Positions 1-8,577 of a stretch of DNA of 20,000 nucleotides are shown here, in pieces. The DNA comes from an uncultured virus (IMG/VR IMGVR_UViG_3300020046_001945) (taxonomy: Duplodnaviria; Heunggongvirae; Uroviricota; Caudoviricetes), in the IMG/VR virus record IMGVR_UViG_3300020046_001945; one strand, written 5' to 3'. The translations under genes and the position numbers were made by a program. Numbering within the stretch: the stretch's first letter is position 1; every line of letters starts with the position of its first letter. The notes under the pieces are model-generated. The model was not told the DNA's origin. It worked only from the letters and a program-made list of their open reading frames with translations, and ran no database searches.

Positions 1-208
1 ATGAAAAATCTGGCAATGACCAAGGAAGCATCTCAGTTTCAATATCATCATACAAACCCATCACACGAATTTTACAACGACCAATTCTCTCAGGGTCATT
101 ATTATCTTCAACAACTCCATTATATCTTTGGTCATATTTAACACGCAAATCCATATCAACAAACGACCGAAGTTTTTTAATTAACGAATCCGATAAATTC
201 TCTTTCAC
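1..208 (-). CDS. gp5: Baseplate hub/spike protein, T4 gp5-like N-terminal OB-fold (runs off the window start)
   Basis: Not in the ORF track. Manual translation from GTG at 208 (GTGA overlap with the upstream stop, GGAG 7 nt upstream) gives VKENLSDSLIKKLRSFVDMDLRVKYDQRYNGVVEDNNDPERIGRCKIRVMGLYDDIETEMLPWSLPDFS. GVVEDxxDP..GRCKxRVxG...LPW is the typical gp5 OB-fold signature. Confidence 0.85.
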   Translation of the reverse strand, partial: MKENLSDSLIKKLRSFVDMDLRVKYDQRYNGVVEDNNDPERIGRCKIRVMGLYDDIETEMLPWSLPDFS

Positions 209-1455
209 TTTTCAACTCCAATCAGTTTGGGCTTAACAATACCATCGTTTTTTATATTAAATCCATTTCTAAACAAAACCAAAACCATTGTGTAATATCC
301 ACCAACATGAATATTATGATAAATTCCACCCACCAAATATTCACCCGAATGGATATCATCGATACCAACATTCCCTGTTTCTATATCTTTCTGCTTAACA
401 AACGAAACATTTATCTTATCCATCAAATCAATTTTCATGTTTGGTGATATCGTTATAGTTGTGTAATATGAAAATATATTCTTTTTCAAATACAAATTCT
501 GACTAAATGCTAAAAGATAATTGTCATGGACGTTGGAGTTCTGCATATTAAATGTAATGCTGTTATAATTTCCAGTTGTTGGTTTTTTGTTTATTGTATT
601 TGACAATGGATGATAATTAAAATCAACAACAACGTCATTAAAATTAGTAGCATCAAAATAAGTGTAATCAAACCGATATCCACCCGTTCTATTTTCAATC
701 GGCATATTATCAACAAATGTATAATCGCTCTTGAAGAATAAAATCTTGTCTCTATCTTTTTCTGATATCAATGACGAAATAACTTTATCTTGAGTTCCAG
801 CATCCATTGCTAACAAGTCGTTATTGATAGCTACAAATTTTTGTTTTTGGGAACATTTTGTTTTTAATGTAGTGTAATGAAATCTATTGTTCTTGTTACA
901 ATAGATAATCGGTATATCTTTTTCTTGATAAAATGAACGTTCAGTTATATTCTTAATAAATGAAGAATCGTGAATACTTATTTGATACCATATTTGAGAA
1001 TCATTTGATTTAACTTCTTCTACATATGTTAGTTGTTTGTTCTTTGATACAACTTCTCCAATAACTTCCGAAGATGTTCCACGATATGCTGTTTGTGATA
1101 CTTCACCAAACATATAATCAGTTCTTTGGATAGCTACTAAACTGACGAAATACATTGAATTGCCTGGAGTATTCTTTTTAACAGCTTTGTTGTTCAAAAT
1201 ATCAAATTCTATTTCTATCGGGTTCTCTTCTTTGTCTTTTGAAAGAATAACTTTAAGAACGGAACCATCAACAATCGGATATTCTTCTACAAACAATCCA
1301 TTATCAACAAATTCCAAATCCAACTCAACGGCAGTGTCGAAAATAAACTCTCGCATTGAAAGAGATTGTATTTGTTGTGCTCCAATTTCTATTCCATTTA
1401 TGAAAGCGCGGCAATAATACTGAGCACCTTGAATGTTTGTATCTTGTTGGTTCAT
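205..1455 (-). CDS. Putative baseplate hub protein (T4 gp27/VgrG-like)
   Basis: 416 aa, between gp53-like and gp5-like genes. C-terminal 'SGEYLVGGIYHNI...YTMVLVLFR' resembles the SGxYLVxxIxH end motif of gp27-type hubs. Size and synteny fit. Confidence 0.6.
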   Translation of the reverse strand: MNQQDTNIQGAQYYCRAFINGIEIGAQQIQSLSMREFIFDTAVELDLEFVDNGLFVEEYPIVDGSVLKVILSKDKEENPIEIEFDILNNKAVKKNTPGNSMYFVSLVAIQRTDYMFGEVSQTAYRGTSSEVIGEVVSKNKQLTYVEEVKSNDSQIWYQISIHDSSFIKNITERSFYQEKDIPIIYCNKNNRFHYTTLKTKCSQKQKFVAINNDLLAMDAGTQDKVISSLISEKDRDKILFFKSDYTFVDNMPIENRTGGYRFDYTYFDATNFNDVVVDFNYHPLSNTINKKPTTGNYNSITFNMQNSNVHDNYLLAFSQNLYLKKNIFSYYTTITISPNMKIDLMDKINVSFVKQKDIETGNVGIDDIHSGEYLVGGIYHNIHVGGYYTMVLVLFRNGFNIKNDGIVKPKLIGVEK

Positions 1456-1811
1456 TTATAATTCCGAGCAAAGCTAAAGAAATTATCAATATCTCGCTTG
1501 CTGGGAATATTTATGAATTCTGTAAGTTTAACTGCGTCTGGATATTTCTCTTCTTGCTCATCATCAATAGCAACATCATTCCAAATATCCTCTATCTCCG
1601 GGTTACATTTTAATATAATCCACCAATAATCTGTAACGCCAAAGAACTTAAGAGAAATTAAATCTGGACGCATGTAATCATTGTATTGTATTCTATATTG
1701 TGTGAAGTCATCTCTAAATTTGAATTCATTAAACGCACTATTAACCAAATCTCTTTCCATTAGCGAATTTCTTACTTCACTTTTGTAATAATTTGTTCTT
1801 GAATATTTCAT
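1452..1811 (-). CDS. gp53: Baseplate wedge protein, T4 gp53-like (LysM-like)
   Basis: Motif 'YMRPDLISLKFFGVTDYWWIILKCN' matches the RPDxISxxxYGxxxYWWxILxxN pattern. ATGA overlaps at both ends. Confidence 0.85.
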   Translation of the reverse strand: MKYSRTNYYKSEVRNSLMERDLVNSAFNEFKFRDDFTQYRIQYNDYMRPDLISLKFFGVTDYWWIILKCNPEIEDIWNDVAIDDEQEEKYPDAVKLTEFINIPSKRDIDNFFSFARNYK

Positions 1812-2773
1812 GGCGTTTTTGGTTCCACTCTTGGCGAACCTTTGATATTATTCCAAGCATAACTCATTTGTTTACCAATACCAGCAATAGGGTTTGATTG
1901 TTCGTATTTATCTATTACAACTCTATCATAATTATTGTTTCTTGAAAATCCTGGTCCAAAAATCTGACTCTGGACTTCCGAAGAATTTGATACAGGAGTT
2001 CCGAATCCTAAAGCTAAGGATGAATATAAACTTTCCACCTGTAAATCAAAATCAACATATGTTGGATATGTTCCGCCTTCAGAACGCGTGAATTCTTTCG
2101 AAAATGTAAAACTACAATTAGTAAGAACCATTTCGGTTTTTTTGAAATATGAGCCAATACTTATTCTCAAATGTGGCGGCATTCTTGATGTCATATCATC
2201 TGTTATATTTTCTAAAACCGAGGCGGTGGCTGCTCCAACACTATAATCATTATTAACAAACGCATACGCACCTTCACCAAGATACGTCCCAACCCGACCG
2301 ATAGCTGCGCCTGCAACTTCTATAGCATTTGTATTCAACATGAAATTTTCGCGACTTATTATAGGCAAACAACATTTGGTTAACAAATCACACTTAGAGA
2401 TGATATCTGGTTCGTCATATGCCCGAAATTTCAAATTCAGTTGAACGTAAGATTTTCCAGGATTAAATATTCTCTTTGACCCATATCCTGAGAAGAATGA
2501 CAAGTTTCTCTGGGTCGCATCCTTAAACATTTTTGCGAATATACCATCACTCGAGTCAGACCACCCAAGAACATTCGAATACTCAGCTTGAACAGAATAA
2601 CTAAATGCTTCTTTAGAAAACCCATCTATCGTTGTTAATGCAGGGCCGTCAAAACTATTTGGAGGCATTATGTCAATTACAATCTTATGTTCTTGGGCCG
2701 CACCCAATGATTCTGGAGCAATTACATCTTTGGTCCCATCTCCACCAATATTTCCATATATACTCCAACCCAT
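1808..2773 (-). CDS. Putative baseplate tail-tube cap/initiator (gp48-like, tube fold)
   Basis: 321 aa. 'PPHLRISIGSYFKKTEMVLTNCSFTFS...YPTYVDFDLQVES' resembles the C-terminal half of gp48/tube-initiator proteins. Located between tape-measure-like and gp53-like genes. Confidence 0.6.
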   Translation of the reverse strand: MGWSIYGNIGGDGTKDVIAPESLGAAQEHKIVIDIMPPNSFDGPALTTIDGFSKEAFSYSVQAEYSNVLGWSDSSDGIFAKMFKDATQRNLSFFSGYGSKRIFNPGKSYVQLNLKFRAYDEPDIISKCDLLTKCCLPIISRENFMLNTNAIEVAGAAIGRVGTYLGEGAYAFVNNDYSVGAATASVLENITDDMTSRMPPHLRISIGSYFKKTEMVLTNCSFTFSKEFTRSEGGTYPTYVDFDLQVESLYSSLALGFGTPVSNSSEVQSQIFGPGFSRNNNYDRVVIDKYEQSNPIAGIGKQMSYAWNNIKGSPRVEPKTP

Positions 2774-5202
2774 TATTCACCACCAAATTCAGATTTAACA
2801 ACATTCGCTAAAGCTGGCATAAAAGTATTTATCCAAAAATTAGAGTCGGAATAGATGTCATATTCTTCTATTAGTTCAGGATTAGATATTTCATATTTGC
2901 CGGACTTTACAGATGATCTTATTTTGTTAGCATGGTATTCCGGAACAATCATCTCTCCTTTATGGACAAATGCTTCTTGGTCCCTGTCTATTTTCCACGA
3001 ACCAATATCAAATGATTTAATTGTTTCTTTTCCTGGAACAAATCCTTCTTTTTTCTGAAACGCATCTATGATTTTTTGTCGTGTTGGTTCATCAAACGAT
3101 GATAACACACCATCACTTCCAGCAACCGCAATAACCGCTTTCGCATAAGCAACTGGATCATTTTTATCTTTAGCTGGCGCATATCTCTGCAACGCTTGGG
3201 ATATCTTTAGATTTTTATAACTTTTAGCTTCAAATAACTGACGATATAATGCTTTTCGTCCCGACTCATACGAATCAAATACTAAAAACTTACCACTGTC
3301 CGTAGCCATTGTACCAATAACTCCAGGACCATTAATATTGGCTGGTATTGGGCGAATATTTCCTGGGTTGTTTGCTCGCCAATTAATATTACCTGTTCGT
3401 TCTATAAGAGCACCGTCGGTTCTCTTCAACGTTAAAGTCCGTCCTTTAGATGATACAATTTCTGAAATAGACGTTTTGATTCCAACAGAAGTCATTAACT
3501 CTTGTTGGGGTGTTGTTGTGTCTAAATTATCACCAATAGATGTCATTGTTTCTTTTTTCTGTGGATTAATATTACCCTGCTGATTTGTTACGTTGTCGGC
3601 TGGCGACGCCGCCGTTTCCGAGAAATAACTACGAATCTTTTTCATATCATCAAAAAAGACTTCAAATTTCTTGTCTATTTCTCTCTGCTGTTGAATTTGT
3701 TGTTTTTTCAAAGATGCTCGTTCTTGAGTTATCTTTTTTTCAACTTCTCTATTTTGTTGAACATTTGGCACATATGTCTCTGGTTGTCTTTCACCAACAA
3801 CATAGGTTTTATTTCTAACAACTGGTCCGCCAGTCTTTCGTGTTGATATTGCTACCTTACCAACATTAGGAACAATCATATAGATGTTCCCATTTTCAAC
3901 AACAATCTCTCTTTGTCCACCCGTTTTTGTATTTAATTTATATGTCTGTATTCCTGGAAGTTTTGGGTCTGTCGATTGAATGATTGGATTTCTTCCATTC
4001 ATTGCTGACAAATATTTTCCTGTAGAACTATCAACAATCGGCTTCCATTCATCACCAGAGTTATATTCCCAATAAATGTTTTTGTAGTCTGAGAAATTTG
4101 GACGAAGTTCTACCATCGTCCCTTTACTTCTCTCAACATCAATCAACTGTTCGGTCTTAGCAACTTTCTCTCTTGCTTCGCCAATATATCCTTCAGTTCG
4201 TCCATTTGTTTCTTTCATCTTATCAGAAACTAATGTCATTGATGTGCCGAGAGCAAATAAAGCAATTCCTAATGGTCCTGGGAGAAATGAACCAACAACA
4301 TTTATAGTATTTCCAAAAGTGTTCATCAACATGGCCGACAAAGCACCTTGAGCAGCTAACTTATCCCCAGCTTGAGAATATTTTGAATAATCAGCAAGTC
4401 CTGTCTTAACACCTTTTACCAAATCATAGATAGACATAACAGCACCAATAACAGGTAATGCTTTTCCACCTAATTTAGTAGCGCCTTTTAACAATCCTCC
4501 AGCTTTTCCTACAAGTCCACCCAACTTACTTCCTATTTTAGCGATTCCGCCTATTTTAGAAAGCGTTGGAAAGTATTTTGCTATTAGTGAAGAAATGATT
4601 CCTCCACCCAAAGCTGCTGAAATCAATCCACCAATATTTCCAAAGAAACTCCCCGAATCCTTTTCTTCTTTAATGTCTCCGAGATTCATGTTTGGAGAAT
4701 TTGAAAGATTGTCATTGATTCTTTTTAATATAGCTATCTTTTCCGTTTGATATTCATTCTTCTTATCATCTGTTTTGTAAAAATCTTGAGATGATTGTGA
4801 AACTTTTTGTGTTTGTGATTTAATACCAAACAAATTAACTTTTGAAAATACAGCATTACCAATTGTTAAACTTGGAAATAGAAACTTAGCAGACGTGATT
4901 TTCAGAGTCTTTGGTTTCTCTTTTATTGTTTTTTGTTGTTTAGCAGGTTCAACAATTTTAGAAACAGACGAAACTAATTTCTTTTGAATTGTCTTTAATT
5001 TATTGGCTTCTTTTAACTCATTACCTTTTAAAGAAGTCTTTGTTTTATTCTTCAACAACCCCCGAAGAATATTATTAACTGCCTCAAATTCACTGATTTG
5101 ATTGTCAATAATTTCCGAAGTCTTTTCTAATTCTTTTGCTACATTCTTGTGAGAGGTTTGCAGTTTGGCGTATTCGGCGTTGAAAAATGTTCTAATATCC
5201 AT
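2773..5202 (-). CDS. Tape-measure-like protein B with C-terminal lysozyme-like domain
   Basis: 809 aa with Lys-rich helical N-terminus and Gly/Ala hydrophobic segments. Tape-measure-type motifs 'GGPV..TYVVGERQPE' and 'FDIGSWKIDRDQEAFVHKGEMIVP'. 'NNPGNIR...FLVF...GRKAL...RYAP...NDPVAYAKAV' domain at ~3043-3385. Confidence 0.7.
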   Translation of the reverse strand: MDIRTFFNAEYAKLQTSHKNVAKELEKTSEIIDNQISEFEAVNNILRGLLKNKTKTSLKGNELKEANKLKTIQKKLVSSVSKIVEPAKQQKTIKEKPKTLKITSAKFLFPSLTIGNAVFSKVNLFGIKSQTQKVSQSSQDFYKTDDKKNEYQTEKIAILKRINDNLSNSPNMNLGDIKEEKDSGSFFGNIGGLISAALGGGIISSLIAKYFPTLSKIGGIAKIGSKLGGLVGKAGGLLKGATKLGGKALPVIGAVMSIYDLVKGVKTGLADYSKYSQAGDKLAAQGALSAMLMNTFGNTINVVGSFLPGPLGIALFALGTSMTLVSDKMKETNGRTEGYIGEAREKVAKTEQLIDVERSKGTMVELRPNFSDYKNIYWEYNSGDEWKPIVDSSTGKYLSAMNGRNPIIQSTDPKLPGIQTYKLNTKTGGQREIVVENGNIYMIVPNVGKVAISTRKTGGPVVRNKTYVVGERQPETYVPNVQQNREVEKKITQERASLKKQQIQQQREIDKKFEVFFDDMKKIRSYFSETAASPADNVTNQQGNINPQKKETMTSIGDNLDTTTPQQELMTSVGIKTSISEIVSSKGRTLTLKRTDGALIERTGNINWRANNPGNIRPIPANINGPGVIGTMATDSGKFLVFDSYESGRKALYRQLFEAKSYKNLKISQALQRYAPAKDKNDPVAYAKAVIAVAGSDGVLSSFDEPTRQKIIDAFQKKEGFVPGKETIKSFDIGSWKIDRDQEAFVHKGEMIVPEYHANKIRSSVKSGKYEISNPELIEEYDIYSDSNFWINTFMPALANVVKSEFGGE

Positions 5203-6836
5203 TAAGCAACCCCAAATATATTACCAATATCATATGTAACCATTCTGTTCTGAGTCTTTTCTGTCTTAATCATTGTGGCAAACTTAGGAACGAATTCATC
5301 AATCCAGAACTCTTTTCCTAATTGTGATTTTGTAACATATTGAGGAGTCTGTTTTGTATTAAATGGTTGGTTTTGTAATTTGGCTGTAGCTCTCAAAGCT
5401 TCAGATTGTGCCGCAGGAATAACCATTTCATCTTGGTGTAGAGAAACTTTCATGTCTTTTGGAACATTCTTGTCACCAATTCTTCTTGCTGGAGCTGCTG
5501 GGGAAGATGAGGGAGAAAAAATAGATTTGACATCTGGAATAAGAGGGATTTTTAGATCACCCAAACCAATAGCCTTCAATCCACTATTAACTGTCTCCGA
5601 ACCAGTGTTAATAACCTTCGTCCCAAAGTCCTTAACCACATCTACGGCGGCTCCCGCAACATCCTTAACTTTGCCTACAACTTTCTTTATACCCTGTTTA
5701 ATCAATTCTAAAATATTAGACGGCCTAAAGAAATCAATAACCTTTTTGAAAGCGTCTGTGAAATATTTGAACAAGTTAGATGATTTTGTATTTTGTTCCC
5801 GAATTAATGCAAACATGCTCTCATATACTTTACTGTTATTAGCATATTTGTCTGTGTGGCTTTGTAGTTTATGGTTTGGAACTATTCTACCTGATTCTCT
5901 TGGCTTGAATAATTCCGGTCCTTTTTCACCAACAATATAAGGTTTTCCGGAAATAACTGGACCACCTTTTTCTCTTTGTTCAGCATTACCCATTTCATCA
6001 AAGTCTTTTGTAAACACACCTGCTTTGATAGAATCATAAATTGTGTAACCAGCTCCTGCAATTAAAGCAGGGATCAATATTTTCGGATTCTTCAACAACT
6101 TTGCCGAATCTTTTAGAACACCCGATGGTTTAAGTTTAGACAATGGTTTGAAAAGACTTCCTAATTTTTTGAATTTAGAAAGACCAAACAAACTTCCAGC
6201 AACGCCGCCAATTCCAGCACCGGCAGCACCAACAAACATTTTTGCTAAATTCCCAAGACCTCCAAACAATTCTCCGAAAAGACTTGAGCCGCCATTTGAA
6301 AAACTTAGTTTAGATTCAATACTTCTTAATAATTTTAATTCTTCTTCATTACCAGCAGAAACATCATCCGTTCTATAAAAATCTTCCGATGATTGAGACT
6401 TCTTGTCAATATTAACTGGAACTTTGAAATTTTTAGAATTGACTATTAAATTTCCACGGACATTCAAAATAGAATTAGAAACATAAACCTTTTCTAATGA
6501 GTCTGTTTTCTCTTTCTTAACTGGCTTAACTAACTCTTTTACTGTCTTTGTTTTTGTTGCTTTTTCAATTAAAGCCGAAGTTGTTTTAAGAAAAGATGAA
6601 ATGTTTGTTTCATTCTTCTTTTTCTTTTCTTTCTTCTGGTCAATGTCCGAATGAAAAAGATTTAATTGGTCAACAGTTGTTCTTATTGTCTTTGTTAACT
6701 TCTTAGCTTTGTCAGAATTCTTACTCTGAACATCATTTATATTTTTGGCAGCTTCTAACTGAGACGCAGCAATCTTGTTCGTTGCTGCTAATGCCTCATT
6801 TAACATATTTGTAATATCTGCAGGAGTTCCAGCCAT
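5202..6836 (-). CDS. Tape-measure-like protein A (paralogue of 2773-5202)
   Basis: 544 aa. Motifs 'GGPVISGKPYIVGEKGPELFKP' and 'IGDKNVPKDMKVSLHQDEMVIP', Gly-rich hydrophobic stretches, and four motif blocks shared with the downstream gene. Confidence 0.65.
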   Translation of the reverse strand: MAGTPADITNMLNEALAATNKIAASQLEAAKNINDVQSKNSDKAKKLTKTIRTTVDQLNLFHSDIDQKKEKKKKNETNISSFLKTTSALIEKATKTKTVKELVKPVKKEKTDSLEKVYVSNSILNVRGNLIVNSKNFKVPVNIDKKSQSSEDFYRTDDVSAGNEEELKLLRSIESKLSFSNGGSSLFGELFGGLGNLAKMFVGAAGAGIGGVAGSLFGLSKFKKLGSLFKPLSKLKPSGVLKDSAKLLKNPKILIPALIAGAGYTIYDSIKAGVFTKDFDEMGNAEQREKGGPVISGKPYIVGEKGPELFKPRESGRIVPNHKLQSHTDKYANNSKVYESMFALIREQNTKSSNLFKYFTDAFKKVIDFFRPSNILELIKQGIKKVVGKVKDVAGAAVDVVKDFGTKVINTGSETVNSGLKAIGLGDLKIPLIPDVKSIFSPSSSPAAPARRIGDKNVPKDMKVSLHQDEMVIPAAQSEALRATAKLQNQPFNTKQTPQYVTKSQLGKEFWIDEFVPKFATMIKTEKTQNRMVTYDIGNIFGVA

Positions 6837-6841
6837 ATAGA

Positions 6842-6849
6842 TATTTAGT
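6842..6849 (-). promoter_or_regulatory. T4-type late promoter-like box ACTAAATA, 5 nt before the ATG at 6836
   Basis: Minus strand reads ACTAAATA-TCTAT-ATG in a 19-nt intergenic gap with no Shine-Dalgarno. Confidence 0.65.
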
Positions 6850-6855
6850 TACAAA

Positions 6856-7554
6856 TTAAATTCTATCTGTCCACCAAGAATTGAATGGGTCTTTTGGAGC
6901 GCATTCCGTAGCTCCTGGTTCATATAAAAATTGTTTTTTCTCATCATCAATAATATCATTTAATGCGTAAATATCTTGAACATTTACTCCCGAAGCAGAT
7001 GTTGTAATATAGTCTCCCATATTAAACAACTCCTCACTTACAAGATACCCTTTGTTCTTAAATTCAATCAGTTGTAGTGTCCAAGTATGCTTACCTTGAA
7101 GAAAAATATTATCTTCTTCTTTGACCATATTGACTTCATAAAACTTGTCATTATATTTGGCATAAACGATATCACCAATCTTAGGAGAATAACTTGGATA
7201 GAATCCTGAAGTTCCTGAAGAGTGATATTGAGAAGCTACAGTGAAATGAATCATACTAATGTAGATTGGAAAATTATCAATAACAATGGTCCCCAAAGAA
7301 GAAAACATCTTCTCTTCTTTAGGGAGTTCGTAGTGAGCATTATAATCAAATGCTCTTTGAATAACTCTCGCATTATCCTCACCATATAACTTATCTGCTG
7401 AAATAGAAACTGTGTAATATCTCATAGGAACAGCGTGGTGATTGAATCCTTCCATTTGAAGAACATCATACAACTCACGCTCACAATCATACGCAGAAAC
7501 ACACTTCACGAAAAAGTTTTTATTTGGTAGCGGATTCCAATCATCATAGCTCAT
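6856..7554 (-). CDS. gp14: Neck/head-closure protein, T4 gp14-like
   Basis: 232 aa. 'ERELYDVLQMEG...DKLYGED...F...MFSSLG...PKIGDIVY...KFYEV' follows the gp14 pattern (E..L...L..E, D.L.GED, P..GD.IY). Confidence 0.75.
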   Translation of the reverse strand: MSYDDWNPLPNKNFFVKCVSAYDCERELYDVLQMEGFNHHAVPMRYYTVSISADKLYGEDNARVIQRAFDYNAHYELPKEEKMFSSLGTIVIDNFPIYISMIHFTVASQYHSSGTSGFYPSYSPKIGDIVYAKYNDKFYEVNMVKEEDNIFLQGKHTWTLQLIEFKNKGYLVSEELFNMGDYITTSASGVNVQDIYALNDIIDDEKKQFLYEPGATECAPKDPFNSWWTDRI

Positions 7555-7559
7555 ACTTC

Positions 7560-7567
7560 TATTTACT
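7560..7567 (-). promoter_or_regulatory. T4-type late promoter-like box AGTAAATA, 5 nt before the ATG at 7554
   Basis: Minus strand reads AGTAAATA-GAAGT-ATG. The TAA doubles as the stop codon of the upstream ORF. Confidence 0.55.
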
Positions 7568-7796
7568 TCTTCCCTAACATATCCATCAAATTAACATTAC
7601 TCTTGTTTCCTGACATACTCTCATTTCTCTTCTGAATGTAATTATCAAGACGCTCTTTCAAAGATAGAACTTCATAAAAATCTCTATCTTCAATATTAGT
7701 TATATGAGCATGGATAGCCAAAGAAAACTCAATGTCCAGTATCTGGTCTATGGTTATACTTGGGAAGAAAGAACTCAGAGTGAAATCGAACCTCAA
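7563..7796 (-). CDS. Short gp51-like baseplate assembly protein, or frameshifted C-terminal extension of the gp26-like protein
   Basis: Fills the gap between gp26-like and gp14-like genes and overlaps the former by 68 nt in the +1 frame. Only a TTG start (GGAGG 9 nt upstream). Helical 'IEDRDFYEVLSLKERLDNYIQKRNE' resembles short gp51-type proteins. Confidence 0.55.
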   Translation of the reverse strand: MRFDFTLSSFFPSITIDQILDIEFSLAIHAHITNIEDRDFYEVLSLKERLDNYIQKRNESMSGNKSNVNLMDMLGKK

Positions 7797-8559
7797 TTAG
7801 GTTTTCCTCCTGACAAGTCTGATTTGAACAAGCAACAGGAATTACAGGAGATACCCCAATTTCAATATCATCCATATAAGACTTGATGAATGAGAAATCT
7901 TCAGGGGTCAAATTGTTCAAATACTCATAAACATACTTCAATGACATTTCTTCCCCATTGATTGTTTTTACCATAGTAGCCATTGAAAGAATCTCTTCAT
8001 CCAACTGTTGAGCGTTGTTCTTGTTCATCCTCAACATATGAGATACTTTATTCTCATCTTTGACTTTTGGAAAACAAATTCTCAACTTATCATCTCTATT
8101 CAAAAGAGATAGCTCATTATCTACATCAAAATCCTTTTCACTCAAAGAAACAATGTTCAACTTATCCATTGTAAACATGTAACGATTCTTAGTTCCGCAA
8201 TGCTGACAAATATACTCAGTAGAATAACCTTCATTCTTGTAAGTATTAGCCCGAAGCCAAAATAGAATGTAAAGCTTATCCGCTACATACAACTCGTCAA
8301 CCTGAATTCCGGTAATTGTATTTTGAAGAACTTCGTTAATGATGAATGAAAAATTGGATTCGTTCATTCCAGCCAACAGCTTTGTTTCTTTTACAGTTAG
8401 AGGACGACCATATATCATTGTTCCTTCTGGATACAACTTGTAATCTGTTGGAAGTCCTTCAATCGGAAACATATTAGTCTTAGTTGTAATAGTTTCTTTT
8501 TGAATTGACTCCTCTTGGAATTCTTTGACCAGAGGAGTTCTTTTTCTTTGCGGTGTCAT
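7729..8559 (-). CDS. gp26: Baseplate hub assembly protein, T4 gp26-like
   Basis: 276 aa. 'RPLTVKETKLL', 'L..ADKLYILFWLRANTY', two Cys pairs (CQHC; CSNQTC) and a C-terminal FFxP, all typical of gp26-like proteins. Confidence 0.75.
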   Translation of the reverse strand: MTPQRKRTPLVKEFQEESIQKETITTKTNMFPIEGLPTDYKLYPEGTMIYGRPLTVKETKLLAGMNESNFSFIINEVLQNTITGIQVDELYVADKLYILFWLRANTYKNEGYSTEYICQHCGTKNRYMFTMDKLNIVSLSEKDFDVDNELSLLNRDDKLRICFPKVKDENKVSHMLRMNKNNAQQLDEEILSMATMVKTINGEEMSLKYVYEYLNNLTPEDFSFIKSYMDDIEIGVSPVIPVACSNQTCQEENLIEVRFHSEFFLPKYNHRPDTGH

Positions 8560-8577
8560 ACATACCTTTCAATGCTT

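Noticed and set aside
5380..5940. 186-aa plus-strand ORF and the other plus-strand ORFs in the track
   Set aside because: All lie antisense to well-supported minus-strand genes, have no recognisable motifs, and are best explained as codon-bias shadows.
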